The notes below the pieces were generated by a model. It saw only the letters and a program-made list of their open reading frames with translations. It did no database searches and had not been told where the DNA came from. Position numbers and translations under genes: made by a program. From contig CAMQVP010000001.1 in assembly GCA_947038265.1 (NCBI GenBank), positions 60,968 through 124,967 on the forward strand: a stretch of DNA of 64,000 nucleotides. The letters are read 5' to 3'. The stretch comes from an uncultured Roseburia sp. Lineage in GTDB: Bacteria > Bacillota > Clostridia > Lachnospirales > Lachnospiraceae. Shown piece by piece: positions 9,363 to 19,149 of this stretch (the stretch's first letter is position 1; each line of letters starts with the position of its first letter).

Positions 9363-10808
9363 TCACTTCCTTCTCCCCCTTGCTATAAGCCATAAAATCA
9401 CCGCCAAGAGCCCCAAAATCACCAACACAAACACCGTCACCCACCATTGGTTTGTCTCCGGCGCTTCTTCCTGAACCTTCAGTTCCACAACTTCCGGTTT
9501 CTGAACCGCCGTTATGATCTCCTGCCGCTGCTCCGTCACTTCTCCCTGCTCATTTTCAAACGTAAACACTGCCACGCCCAAAGTTTCCCCATACTTTTCC
9601 CCATGCTCTCCTGACTGATCCCCAGACTGTTCCGGCTCATCTTGTATGCCTTCCTCCATATCAAGCGTCCCCACAAAAACCGGAATTTCCCCCTCTTTCG
9701 CCTCGCCCGCTTCCAAATTCCCCAAAAAAATCTCCTTTGCCGCGAACAGCCCCCTGCCTTCAAAACGCACTTTCGCATTATAAATCACGGCAAGCCCTAC
9801 GTTTGTCGCCTGAAACGAGAATGGCTCCGTATCCCCTTCATAAACGCTTTTTGGAAATGATATATTCGTAAGCTCCGCTTTTTGCTTTCTGGCAATCCGA
9901 AGCGTGACCGTTTCCGTCATCTGGCAATTTTCCCCGCCTTCATCTTCATAGTCAAACAAAAACTGCGCGACGGCAGTCTCTTTGGCCGTCTTTGCCCCGA
10001 CCGAAATATTCTGGGACAAATCCATTACTCCGCCTGCCTTCACCTGCGAAAAGTACCATGAAGTATTTGTAAACACAAGATCCGCGTCCTCTGAAATCAA
10101 GGTCACTTTCAAATTCCATATCCCTTGGCTTTCACTGCAATTCTTTGCCATAAGCCGCCAAGCCGCAGATTCGCCCGCCATAAGAAACTCCCCATTTAAA
10201 CTATTCCCTTCTATCCTCACTTTCGGTTTCTGCCTTTTTTTCTCTGTCTCCGCTTCTTTGTCCAAAGAATCCGTTTCCATTTCCCATTGTTCCTCTTTCT
10301 TTAAATCCACTCCTTCCTCCGGCGGCGTGAAATCCCTGCCGTCTGTAATTTCCACATAAACCGTAAACTCCTGTTCCACCGTTTCCCCTGCTGTCTGCGC
10401 AGAAACGATAAGCCGCAGAGGATACTGCCCATTCACCCTGTCTTTTTTTAATTTCACCTTACAGCGGTACAAATAAATGCCCCGTTTTCCACGTTTTACC
10501 TTTTTCCAATAATTTTTAAAGTGAAATGGGCTGTTTTCCTCACGTTCAAACGAAATTTTCACTGACAGGCAATCTTCTTTCAATGGAAGATCCGTTTGAA
10601 ACGGCACGACAAGATCCATCTCCCCTTTTCTTACAGAAGGCGTATATCCTTTTGCAAACGACGCATTCATTCCCTGATACCTCCGGTTTGCGTCAATCGA
10701 AATGACCTCGCCTGCAGACACACGGAGCCTTCCCGCCATTAACCCACAGCAGAAACAAAACAGCGCAAACAAAATGTAAGCGCCGCCCTTTTTTTCTTTC
10801 GCCCTCAT
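9363..10808 (-). CDS. hypothetical cell-surface protein with a signal peptide and a C-terminal transmembrane anchor, possibly CARDB/DUF11-like
   Basis: The N-terminus is YILFALFCFCCGLMAGRLRVSA, the C-terminus is WWVTVFVLVILGLLAVILWLIARGRRK, and the body is beta-rich and acidic. Confidence 0.45.
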   Translation of the reverse strand: MRAKEKKGGAYILFALFCFCCGLMAGRLRVSAGEVISIDANRRYQGMNASFAKGYTPSVRKGEMDLVVPFQTDLPLKEDCLSVKISFEREENSPFHFKNYWKKVKRGKRGIYLYRCKVKLKKDRVNGQYPLRLIVSAQTAGETVEQEFTVYVEITDGRDFTPPEEGVDLKKEEQWEMETDSLDKEAETEKKRQKPKVRIEGNSLNGEFLMAGESAAWRLMAKNCSESQGIWNLKVTLISEDADLVFTNTSWYFSQVKAGGVMDLSQNISVGAKTAKETAVAQFLFDYEDEGGENCQMTETVTLRIARKQKAELTNISFPKSVYEGDTEPFSFQATNVGLAVIYNAKVRFEGRGLFAAKEIFLGNLEAGEAKEGEIPVFVGTLDMEEGIQDEPEQSGDQSGEHGEKYGETLGVAVFTFENEQGEVTEQRQEIITAVQKPEVVELKVQEEAPETNQWWVTVFVLVILGLLAVILWLIARGRRK

Positions 10809-11443
10809 ACCGCCAAAAGCCTCCCTCCGTCCATCTCATACACCCTGTCACATAAAATCCGGATATCCTCACTGTTATGGCTCGCTAACAGAATCGTTTT
10901 TCCCTGCTCCTTTAAGCCTGACAAAATTTTCCTAATGTCCGAAACGCCATGCTTATCCAGACCGTTAAACGGCTCGTCTAAAACCAATAAATCCGGATTT
11001 TCCATAATCGCCTGCGCAATGCCCAGCCGCTGTCGCATACCAAGGGAATACTTTGAAACCGCCTTTTTCAAATTTGGATTTAACCCCGCCCGTTCCATAG
11101 CCGCGCAGATTTCCGTTTTAGAAATTTTCCCCCGCAAACCTGCAAGGATTTCCAAATTTTTTCTTCCAGAAAGGTTTGTCAAAAACCCCGGCGTTTCAAT
11201 AATTACGCCAATACTTTCCGGAAAGTCAATTTCCGCCCCGATTTGTTTTCCCGCCACAAAAACTTTTCCTTCCGTCACTGGCAAAAACCCACAGATACAC
11301 TTCATCAACACCGTTTTCCCTGAACCGTTATTGCCGCAAATCCCATATGCCTTTCCCTGTTCCATATCCAGACAGACGTCATAAAGCGCAGTATCTTTTC
11401 CAAATTTTTTCGACACATGATCCACTTCAATATAAGACTTCAT
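10805..11443 (-). CDS. ABC transporter ATP-binding protein, short LanF/MutF-like (ABC-2 type)
   Basis: Walker A GNNGSGKT, signature YSLGMRQRL, Walker B LLVLDEP. At 212 aa it is typical of lantibiotic-protection ATPases. Confidence 0.85.
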   Translation of the reverse strand: MKSYIEVDHVSKKFGKDTALYDVCLDMEQGKAYGICGNNGSGKTVLMKCICGFLPVTEGKVFVAGKQIGAEIDFPESIGVIIETPGFLTNLSGRKNLEILAGLRGKISKTEICAAMERAGLNPNLKKAVSKYSLGMRQRLGIAQAIMENPDLLVLDEPFNGLDKHGVSDIRKILSGLKEQGKTILLASHNSEDIRILCDRVYEMDGGRLLAV

Positions 11444-12159
11444 ACAATCTCCTTTAACCTAAGATCCAGCAAAAATCCATGCAGGATAAGAGCCAATGCC
11501 GTAAACGCCAGCAAAAAAAGCCAAATCCCATTTCCGCTTTCGCCCCAATTTTCTTCACACAAAATCCACTCTGCCGGATACATCGCGTACATATCCGGCA
11601 AATAGCGGTCTTTTAAAATCACCAAAAAATAAAAGCAGACAAACGGAAGCCCATACGCCATATAATAATTCAAAAAAATGGCCGCAAAAAATCCTGAAAG
11701 TTCCGCTAACATCCCCCCGATCAGGCAAATGCGCATCAATAGCAAAAAAGCTTCCAAGATCTCCTCCCCTTTTATTTCGCCCACAATCTCCAATGGAAAA
11801 AAAAACAGAAAACAAATCAGAAATGCCAAAAGACCGGCAAGAAAAAAAGGGAATGCCCCGCTGACATAAACCTGAAACAGTTTCCGCTTAAGATATTCCA
11901 TACGGTTCATGCGGACGCAATACAGCTTCAAAAAACCGCTCTTGCTTTCCTGCAAAAAAACCGCTCCCGCCGGAAGCGACGCCGCCACTGGCAGAAAAAA
12001 CACCATAATTTGAGACTGTAATGCGGCGCGGTAAAACTTCAAGAAACTTCCTGCTGCAAGCGGAGGCTCTATTTGCCCATAAGGCATTCCCAAAAGCAGC
12101 GCGAGGACGCAGATGAAAGCCGATATCCAGATCCCTCTTTTAAGCATCAATTCTTTCAT
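11440..12159 (-). CDS. ABC-2 type permease
   Basis: 239 aa, six hydrophobic helices, translationally coupled to the ATPase gene by a 4-nt overlap. Confidence 0.6.
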   Translation of the reverse strand: MKELMLKRGIWISAFICVLALLLGMPYGQIEPPLAAGSFLKFYRAALQSQIMVFFLPVAASLPAGAVFLQESKSGFLKLYCVRMNRMEYLKRKLFQVYVSGAFPFFLAGLLAFLICFLFFFPLEIVGEIKGEEILEAFLLLMRICLIGGMLAELSGFFAAIFLNYYMAYGLPFVCFYFLVILKDRYLPDMYAMYPAEWILCEENWGESGNGIWLFLLAFTALALILHGFLLDLRLKEIV

Positions 12160-13046
12160 CCCATATCACCCGTAAATGAAGTAAAATTATATTTTTTTAA
12201 CGCAAAAAACGAAGCGGCCGCTAACAGCGCCAAAATACAAATAAACAGACTACACGACTGCCCAATCGAAGGCAAAAAATCATATCCAAAATCATGCATC
12301 CCGTACGTCGCATGGTTTAAAGGACTAATCCAGCCTGTAATCCTTCTTATCCGGTACATCTCATATTCTTCTTTGTGAAGGAACGCCGCAAGCGTTTCAG
12401 GTTTCAGCAAAAAACCAAACAGGCTGTAACAAAGCCCTGCCGCAATCCCGGCCCGCCGTCCTGCCGCCAACTGGACAAACAGCATCAAAAAACAAAGTGT
12501 CAATGCGTAAAAAAACAAAAGCAGAAGCATTTGGAAACAAACTTCCAAAGGCGCCGCGCTCTCCATCACTTTTACAGTCGATGGAACGGACATTTTCTTC
12601 CCCAGATCCGAATATGCAAGCAGCGCCGCCGTTTTGCTCCAGATATTCCCGATATATGTTTTTTTCATACATAAAATTCCGGTCACGGCAAACACATATC
12701 CCAGATAAATCATAACCCCCAGACACAAATAAAAAAACTGACCCAAAAGCCATTTTCCCTTCGTCATGCGTAATAGCGCATATGGCGTAAACGGACTAAG
12801 TTTCGGCATATCCATAAACATGAAAATCAATAGCAGTGAAGCAAGCAACACCGACGTCGCATCCCCAAACGTCCAGAGAACCGGCTCCGCCGCCTGCATG
12901 GGCGAATCAAAATATTCTGCCACATACATTGCCCTGTCACTTAGAAAAAAGCATAAAATAAAAGCAAACAAAAAAGCGAGTATCATTCTGGGGTTTTTGA
13001 AAAACCCCAGAAAATTCCAACGCGCCGCAATAACCGCCTGCCGCAT
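12156..13046 (-). CDS. ABC-2 type permease (second membrane subunit)
   Basis: 296 aa, polytopic, overlapping its neighbours. Confidence 0.55.
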   Translation of the reverse strand: MRQAVIAARWNFLGFFKNPRMILAFLFAFILCFFLSDRAMYVAEYFDSPMQAAEPVLWTFGDATSVLLASLLLIFMFMDMPKLSPFTPYALLRMTKGKWLLGQFFYLCLGVMIYLGYVFAVTGILCMKKTYIGNIWSKTAALLAYSDLGKKMSVPSTVKVMESAAPLEVCFQMLLLLFFYALTLCFLMLFVQLAAGRRAGIAAGLCYSLFGFLLKPETLAAFLHKEEYEMYRIRRITGWISPLNHATYGMHDFGYDFLPSIGQSCSLFICILALLAAASFFALKKYNFTSFTGDMG

Positions 13047-13048
13047 TC

Positions 13049-14533
13049 TTAATACCCCAATCCACGGTCAATCACTGTGCCGTCAATCGCATTAATCGTC
13101 AAAAAACTCTGTGACGAACGCTCCCCGCTGTTTCTCTCAGAAACTTCTCCATCTAAAGCTACATATTCAAACCCTCCAAAAAAATCCCAGACCGGAACCA
13201 TAAGTCCCGTATCATTGTCTGCCGCAGGGTCATAAATCCTTGAATAACCAAACTTAATCGTCCGGATATGGAACGTCCTCTGCGCCTCATAATTGACAAT
13301 ATCCGCATTTGACACTTCCATCATCTGTTCATAGATGTTTATAATACTGTTAAAATCCAAAAGCTGTACATTCTCCGTGACTACCCCGCCCATCTGATAA
13401 GGGCTCATCAATTCCATAGATTCAATCCCGTCGTCTCCCACAATTATATTACAGATCTCATAACTCCAAGGCTCTAACGTACTATCCATATCAGGAAGCC
13501 CGCCGCCCATCGAAATCGTATACGTCACCGGCACACCGTCCAATTCTCTGGCAAAGCAAAACAAATACCCTGCATCCAACATTCCTTCTTTAGACGCCCC
13601 TGTCTCTCCTTGGTAAAATACGCTGTAATCCCAATCCGCCAGAGAAAGCCCAAGTCCCAGCTTATCCACTTTTTCCTGCGCAGTTTTTTTCGCTTCTTCA
13701 AAAGAAATGCCGATCTTGTCTTTTATCATTTCCTCTGGTATATAATTTTCAGATTCTTCGTCCTCCGAAAGAAATTTTCCCTCAGTCCAATTTGTAGATC
13801 CCATCGGATCTGGCAAGTCATCTCTTATTTTTGTAATCCTAAAAGAAAGATCCGGCTTTAACGCATTCGTAAACACATAATGATAATTTCCATGTTCTGT
13901 TTCCACCACGCCTTCAAAATGACTCTCGTCAATCTCCTTGCCTTTTTCAGTCTCATACTCTAAATTTAAAGCAGGCTTCACTTCCACCTTTTTGGGCTTA
14001 TCAGGAGCCGTCTTTAATTGCTCTTGATAGTTTTCAATCACCTTATCAATATCAAACTGCAGGTTTCCGTTTTCATCAGTCCCATACATGTATGGATCTA
14101 AATTGCCTTGCGCCTTATACTTTTTCAGAAGCGTAATCTTCTCTTGCAAATCCTCTTTTGTCTGGATAGAATACAGATACCCCATGTAAATTTTATCTCC
14201 TTCAAAAAAAGCATTTGTCACCGTGTCAATTAAATCCTGATCCAGCTCCATTGCCGATACCGCATATGTATTCACCTCATTTGCATCCGGCACAATCACA
14301 TTTGCATCTGTATCAATTACAAGCTTGCCGTCTTCATAGGTTTTGAGATTTTTATAGTTCTTTGGCGCCGCAAGACGTTCCCGAAGCGAATTTTTTGATT
14401 CTTCCCCGCTTTTATAATTTTTCACATTACCCGCATTCTTCTCCCTGACAATCGTTTCTTCAGGCGTTTTTTCACAGCCTGCAAGCAAAAAAATAGAAAT
14501 GCAAAAACATGCCGCTAATACTTTTCTTTTCAT
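13049..14533 (-). CDS. lipoprotein, 494 aa, function unknown
   Basis: Lipobox ...LLAGCEKTPE. It is hydrophilic and acidic and sits between the histidine kinase and the permeases. Confidence 0.55.
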   Translation of the reverse strand: MKRKVLAACFCISIFLLAGCEKTPEETIVREKNAGNVKNYKSGEESKNSLRERLAAPKNYKNLKTYEDGKLVIDTDANVIVPDANEVNTYAVSAMELDQDLIDTVTNAFFEGDKIYMGYLYSIQTKEDLQEKITLLKKYKAQGNLDPYMYGTDENGNLQFDIDKVIENYQEQLKTAPDKPKKVEVKPALNLEYETEKGKEIDESHFEGVVETEHGNYHYVFTNALKPDLSFRITKIRDDLPDPMGSTNWTEGKFLSEDEESENYIPEEMIKDKIGISFEEAKKTAQEKVDKLGLGLSLADWDYSVFYQGETGASKEGMLDAGYLFCFARELDGVPVTYTISMGGGLPDMDSTLEPWSYEICNIIVGDDGIESMELMSPYQMGGVVTENVQLLDFNSIINIYEQMMEVSNADIVNYEAQRTFHIRTIKFGYSRIYDPAADNDTGLMVPVWDFFGGFEYVALDGEVSERNSGERSSQSFLTINAIDGTVIDRGLGY

Positions 14534-14668
14534 AATGTCCTCCTTTTGGTTTTATAGTTCCATTTTAACAAAGCGCTTTTTTCAAATATTCATGTAACTG
14601 TAAACATTATGTAAAGAACTGGCTGTTTGACTGCATTCGCCTAGAAAACCCTCTGTAACCCCCATCTA

Positions 14669-15931
14669 TCAAACATCTTCTATCTCAACCCATACTTTTG
14701 TCCCAGCCTTTACTTTGCTTTCCATCTTCATTTGTCCGCCATGCGCCGCCGCAATCTGATCGCATAACGCAAGCCCCAGACCCATATTCCCGCTTTTGCG
14801 TGACCGCGACTGATCCACCCGGTAAAACGCTTTTTTTACCTTTTCTAATTCATCAGGCGCTATCCCGCATCCTGTGTCCCTTACCCACAGGGACTTTGCA
14901 TCCGCCCCCAGAAAAATGCGGCTGCCCGTCTCTGAAGCCATTTTGGCATTATTGATCAAATTAATCAGAAAACTTGTCATTAAATCGGCGTCCATTCGCT
15001 TCTTTTTTCCAAAAAACTCTCCTTCCCGCTCCAAAACAATCTCTTTTTCTTTTAAACTATGGCGAACGCTGTTTGCCACCGCCAAAAACAGATCCTCCAC
15101 CAAAACATCTTCCATTACAATTTTACAATCCGGATCATATAATTCCGTCAATTCCATCATTTTTTCCGACAGCCTTGAAAGCCTTGCGCTCTCCTTGTGA
15201 ATGTAATGGAGCGCCTTATCTTCCTGTTCTTTCGACAATTTTACTGCAAGCAGCGTCTCCGAATACCCCTGTATCGCCGTAAGCGGCGTTTTTAACTCAT
15301 GCGACATACTGCCAATTAGCTGGCGCTGTGTTTCATTTACCGCCTGTAAAGGCTTCGTGATTTTTTTTATCCGGTAAACCAAAAGCGCCGCCATGCCAAC
15401 CGACGCCAGTAACGAAAAAAACGCTTCCTTTATAACAAGCGAAAAACTTTCCAAATAAACGGACGTAATATCCTGTACATAAAAAAAAGAGTATTTTTGC
15501 GTTTGGGCTGAAATCTCCAACATATCCTTTTCCAAATAAAAAACGAGAAGATACCTCCCGTTTATCTGTTCTAACTTTGACCGGCAGGGATATTCCCATT
15601 TCTGCCACCCGGCATCCGGAATTTCAAATACATAACGGCTCCCGTTATACAATTCTTTCCCATCTTTATAAAAAGCCACGTCTTCCGGCATATACTCCCG
15701 GAAAAAATATGTCATCACATATTCCTGTGACTTATCTTCTGAATGGGATTTCTGTATTTCCTCCATACAGCGCCCCGCCGCATCGACAAAATACCTGCCC
15801 TCTTTTTCTTGCAAAAGCTCAATTTTTTCCTGATGGCTGGCAAAAATCACATAACCCGAAATAAACTGCGCCAATAGAAACAACATCATCGCCGCAGTCC
15901 ACGCAATCTTATGTATCATTGTCATTATCAA
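14669..15931 (-). CDS. sensor histidine kinase (HisKA + HATPase_c)
   Basis: Two N-terminal transmembrane segments, the H-box MSHELKTPLTAIQGYSETLL, the N/G boxes ...NLINNAKMASE...DTGCGIAP..., and ...GLGLALCDQIAAAHGG.... Confidence 0.85.
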   Translation of the reverse strand: MIMTMIHKIAWTAAMMLFLLAQFISGYVIFASHQEKIELLQEKEGRYFVDAAGRCMEEIQKSHSEDKSQEYVMTYFFREYMPEDVAFYKDGKELYNGSRYVFEIPDAGWQKWEYPCRSKLEQINGRYLLVFYLEKDMLEISAQTQKYSFFYVQDITSVYLESFSLVIKEAFFSLLASVGMAALLVYRIKKITKPLQAVNETQRQLIGSMSHELKTPLTAIQGYSETLLAVKLSKEQEDKALHYIHKESARLSRLSEKMMELTELYDPDCKIVMEDVLVEDLFLAVANSVRHSLKEKEIVLEREGEFFGKKKRMDADLMTSFLINLINNAKMASETGSRIFLGADAKSLWVRDTGCGIAPDELEKVKKAFYRVDQSRSRKSGNMGLGLALCDQIAAAHGGQMKMESKVKAGTKVWVEIEDV

Positions 15932-16587
15932 ACCTCCATTCGATACCCCACGCGCGGAGCCGTAATAATCACATCAAAAAAATCCAGCTTCTTGCGGATA
16001 TTTGCCACATGCACGTCCACAGTCCGGCTCTCTCCATCGAAATCCACGCCCCAAAGCATATTTAAAATCTGATCTCTCGTCAAAACCCTGCCACGGCGCT
16101 TCCAAAACGCCATCAGGCAGTCAAATTCCATTGGCTGCATCGAAACTTCCTTGCCGCCCTTTGTGACAATCCGTTTTTTCTCGTAGATTACCACGTCTTT
16201 AATATGGATTTCCTCGTCCTCCTTTCCCCCATGCCGTTTTAACACGTTCTCCATACGCGCCAAAAGTTCCAGCATCTCAAACGGTTTTACAAGATAATCC
16301 TCTGCGCCGCTTTTTAACCCCTTCACCTTACTGGACAAATCTCCTTTTGCCGTAAGGTAAATTACAGGGATCTCATGCGACTTTAATTCTTTTAAAAGCG
16401 CAAACCCATCTTTTCCGGGCAGCATAATATCCAAAAGAGCAAGGTCATACTTTGAATCCCGCTCTAAATGACGGCTGACCTTTATCCCGTCAAAAAACGG
16501 AACCGGACAATACCCCGCAATTTCCAAGTTCATACAAATTAAATCATTAATCGCCGCCTCATCTTCAATGACCAGTATTTTTTTCAT
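15928..16587 (-). CDS. OmpR-family response regulator
   Basis: MKKILVIEDEAAINDLICMNLEIAGY...LDIMLPGKDG... followed by a C-terminal winged helix ...RVLTRDQILNMLWG.... It overlaps the kinase gene by 4 nt. Confidence 0.9.
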   Translation of the reverse strand: MKKILVIEDEAAINDLICMNLEIAGYCPVPFFDGIKVSRHLERDSKYDLALLDIMLPGKDGFALLKELKSHEIPVIYLTAKGDLSSKVKGLKSGAEDYLVKPFEMLELLARMENVLKRHGGKEDEEIHIKDVVIYEKKRIVTKGGKEVSMQPMEFDCLMAFWKRRGRVLTRDQILNMLWGVDFDGESRTVDVHVANIRKKLDFFDVIITAPRVGYRMEV

Positions 16588-16692
16588 AGAAATCCCTATC
16601 CTTTATTTTCATTGTCAATCCAGTTTCATTATAATCAATCTTTTCGCCAAACACTACACACTTTTGTAAAGAAATTGTAAATCTTCGCCCCT

Positions 16693-16720
16693 TGACATTT
16701 TTTCAATCCCATGTTAAGGT
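16693..16720 (+). promoter_or_regulatory. putative promoter of the blaI-blaR1 operon
   Basis: TTGACA, 16 nt, TGtTAAGGT (a weak extended -10). An upstream TACA-N6-TGTA dyad at 16655-16668 could be a BlaI-type operator. Confidence 0.3.
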
Positions 16721-16768
16721 TTATATAAATAAACCGGTCTATTAAAATAAACCAAAGGAGGGACTTAC

Positions 16769-17131
16769 ATGAACTATAAATTATGTGACGGAGAATACCA
16801 TCTAATGGAAATTGTATGGGAACTAGAGCCCATTAGCTCTACCGAACTGCACAAAGTATGCCTGCCGCGCCTTGGCTGGAAAAAATCCACGACTTATACC
16901 ATGCTCCGCAAACTTTGCGGACGGGGCCTGCTTTTAAATCAAGATTCCATCGTTACTTCTTCCGTCAAAAAAGAAGAAATTGAACGTTATGACAGCAGAG
17001 AAGTGGTTGAAACACGCTTTAACTGCTCCCTGCCAAAATTTGTAGCCGCTTTCCTAGGAGAGCGGAAACTAAGCCAAAAAGATGCAGACGAACTTCAAAA
17101 GCTAATTGACACTTACCGGAAAAAAGAATAA
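16769..17131 (+). CDS. BlaI/MecI/CopY family transcriptional repressor
   Basis: 120 aa, winged helix ...EYHLMEIVWELEPISSTELHKVC...KKSTTYTMLRKLCGRGLL.... Confidence 0.85.
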   Translation: MNYKLCDGEYHLMEIVWELEPISSTELHKVCLPRLGWKKSTTYTMLRKLCGRGLLLNQDSIVTSSVKKEEIERYDSREVVETRFNCSLPKFVAAFLGERKLSQKDADELQKLIDTYRKKE

Positions 17132-17145
17132 GGAGGCGCATTTTT

Positions 17146-18882
17146 ATGACAAACATAATTATGACTTTAACCAGATTAAGTTTTCTCACTTCTATTATGG
17201 CGCTTATTGTCTTAGGCATACGGTTCTGCTTAAGAAAAGCCCCAAAAACATACACCTATATTTTATGGATATTTGTATTTATCCGCGCAATCATGCCGGC
17301 GTCCTACACGTCTGACTACAGCCTGTGGAACCTAATGCAATCTTTCTTTTCCACACATCAGACAACAGCGCCTGCCACCAATGCAGAAACGCTTAAAGCC
17401 ATTTCAAAACCCTTTGCTTTTCCAAGAGACGCGGCAGCGGCTGTTTCACAAACCAAAGAAGCGGCCTTCACAACGCAAAACCTGTTCAACCCATGGATCA
17501 TAATAGCGGCGGTCTGGGCGCTTGGAATGTCCGTTATGCTGATTTACAGCCTGTATTCCATGCGAAAACTCCGTAAAACAGTAGAATTTTCCACTCTGTC
17601 CAAAACAGCCCATGCATCTGCAAACTGCCGCATTTACGAATCCGGACAGATCAAAACCGCATTTATTTTAGGATTTTTCTCTCCCGTCATCTACCTACCA
17701 AAAGGTCTCGGTTCGTCAAAAAAACAAATGATACTGGAACATGAATCTGTGCATATCCGCCGCCATGACCACCAGATCAAAATGGCCGCATGGATTATTT
17801 TATCCCTGCACTGGTTCAATCCCCTTATGTGGGTCAGCTTTTATTTTTTAAACAAAGATATGGAATTATCCTGCGACGAACAAGTGCTTATCAACCTTGG
17901 TTCCCAAATACGGGCTGACTACAGTTCCCTCCTGTTAGACCTTGCAATGCCAAACCGCATTTCCTCTGGGATGCCGCTTGCGTTCAGCGAAGGGAACACG
18001 AAAATCCGCATCAAAAATATACTGGCTTACCGGCCTGTGAAATTCGGCGCTTCCACAGCCGCAATCCTTTTAATCTGCATTACAATATATGGCTGCATGG
18101 GAAATCCAAAAAACGAGACAAGCGTCCCAGAAACCGAACAAACCAAACAAACTGAGCTGCAAAACGAAGGAACAGAACTTCCTGCCACACCGGAAGACGA
18201 AGAAAAACTTGCCTTCCTAAATACGTTTTTAGATAACTTAGCAAACTGCCGCGCCGAAGAAATTTACGCTGTTCTTTCACCGGAATTAAAAACGGAAGCC
18301 GACACATTTATGAACAACTCATTTAACATCACTCTAAACGAGCCAAAAAAACACAGGCGGATCAACCCATTCACCCCGACAGAAACGCCTGTAATTGAAA
18401 AAACAGATTCCGGATACCATTACAAATTCAAACGGCCAGATAATTATCCGCTCCCAGAATACGATAAATTTCATTCATCTGACGTTTGGGAAGGATTTCT
18501 GACGCTAGAGGAGACGGACAGCGGAATACAGGTTACAGAATGGCAAGACGGAAGTTATAATGAAATTGCCTCGCGCGAAGAATTTGACTGGCAGTTTCAA
18601 TACTATTCTTTTGAAAAAGAAGCAGAAACAGAACTAAACTGGCTGAATGAACACCCAGACGAAGTTGCTAATCTATACTATTACAACCGCGCAAACGAAG
18701 AACCGGAAAAAATCTTAACAGAGCGTTTCCATTTGAAAAATGGGACTGTAACAGACATCAACAAAGATAAAGAAAAAGAAATGCTTATCACATATAGCTG
18801 GGATGATGGCTCTGTGATATTCCGTATGGAACAGCTTTATAATGACATCTGGTATGTAACGGGAGCAGATACGGGGAAATAA
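17146..18882 (+). CDS. BlaR1-like M56 family membrane metalloprotease / signal transducer with a non-PBP C-terminal domain
   Basis: Four transmembrane segments and the zinc motif HESVHIRRHDH with a downstream ...ELSCDE.... The C-terminal region of about 270 aa is acidic and Y/W-rich and lacks the SxxK/KTG motifs of a penicillin-binding domain. Confidence 0.8.
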   Translation: MTNIIMTLTRLSFLTSIMALIVLGIRFCLRKAPKTYTYILWIFVFIRAIMPASYTSDYSLWNLMQSFFSTHQTTAPATNAETLKAISKPFAFPRDAAAAVSQTKEAAFTTQNLFNPWIIIAAVWALGMSVMLIYSLYSMRKLRKTVEFSTLSKTAHASANCRIYESGQIKTAFILGFFSPVIYLPKGLGSSKKQMILEHESVHIRRHDHQIKMAAWIILSLHWFNPLMWVSFYFLNKDMELSCDEQVLINLGSQIRADYSSLLLDLAMPNRISSGMPLAFSEGNTKIRIKNILAYRPVKFGASTAAILLICITIYGCMGNPKNETSVPETEQTKQTELQNEGTELPATPEDEEKLAFLNTFLDNLANCRAEEIYAVLSPELKTEADTFMNNSFNITLNEPKKHRRINPFTPTETPVIEKTDSGYHYKFKRPDNYPLPEYDKFHSSDVWEGFLTLEETDSGIQVTEWQDGSYNEIASREEFDWQFQYYSFEKEAETELNWLNEHPDEVANLYYYNRANEEPEKILTERFHLKNGTVTDINKDKEKEMLITYSWDDGSVIFRMEQLYNDIWYVTGADTGK

Positions 18883-18902
18883 AAGCGGCAAAAATACGTT
18901 TA

Positions 18903-19126
18903 AAGGAGAAGGGGCTTTCTAGCAAGGGCTGTGTTCAGGGATTAAGGGTTACTAAAGCCTTCCATATACACTTTTAAATACGGACGCAACCACCGCAAAC
19001 ACGCCTTCCATGGCGTGGCTGCGGTTTGCCCTGCCTTCCATGGCAGGGCATTGCTGACTGTGTATGGAAAGCTTAAGTAACCCTAAATCCCATCACAATG
19101 CCCTTGCTAGAAAGCCCCTTCTCCTT
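18903..19126. repeat. long nested palindromic element E1 (27-bp perfect terminal inverted repeats flanking 170 bp)
   Basis: Left arm AAGGAGAAGGGGCTTTCTAGCAAGGGC at 18903-18929; right arm GCCCTTGCTAGAAAGCCCCTTCTCCTT at 19100-19126. The interior has further imperfect inverted repeats (tgtgttcagggattaagggttactaaag ... gcttaagtaaccctaaatcccatcacaat) and a central dyad ccttccatggcgtgg/ccttccatggcaggg. Confidence 0.8.
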
Positions 19127-19149
19127 CAAACGGCGTTTCGTCGATCGAT

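Noticed and set aside
9536-10359. Internal ORFs 9536..9778, 9642..9860 and 9982..10359
   Set aside because: They are alternative frames within the 481-aa surface-protein gene.
16655-16668. TACA-N6-TGTA dyad as a BlaI operator
   Set aside because: Its spacing differs from canonical BlaI/MecI/CopY boxes (TACA-N2-4-TGTA). It is mentioned only as a possibility and is not listed as a feature.
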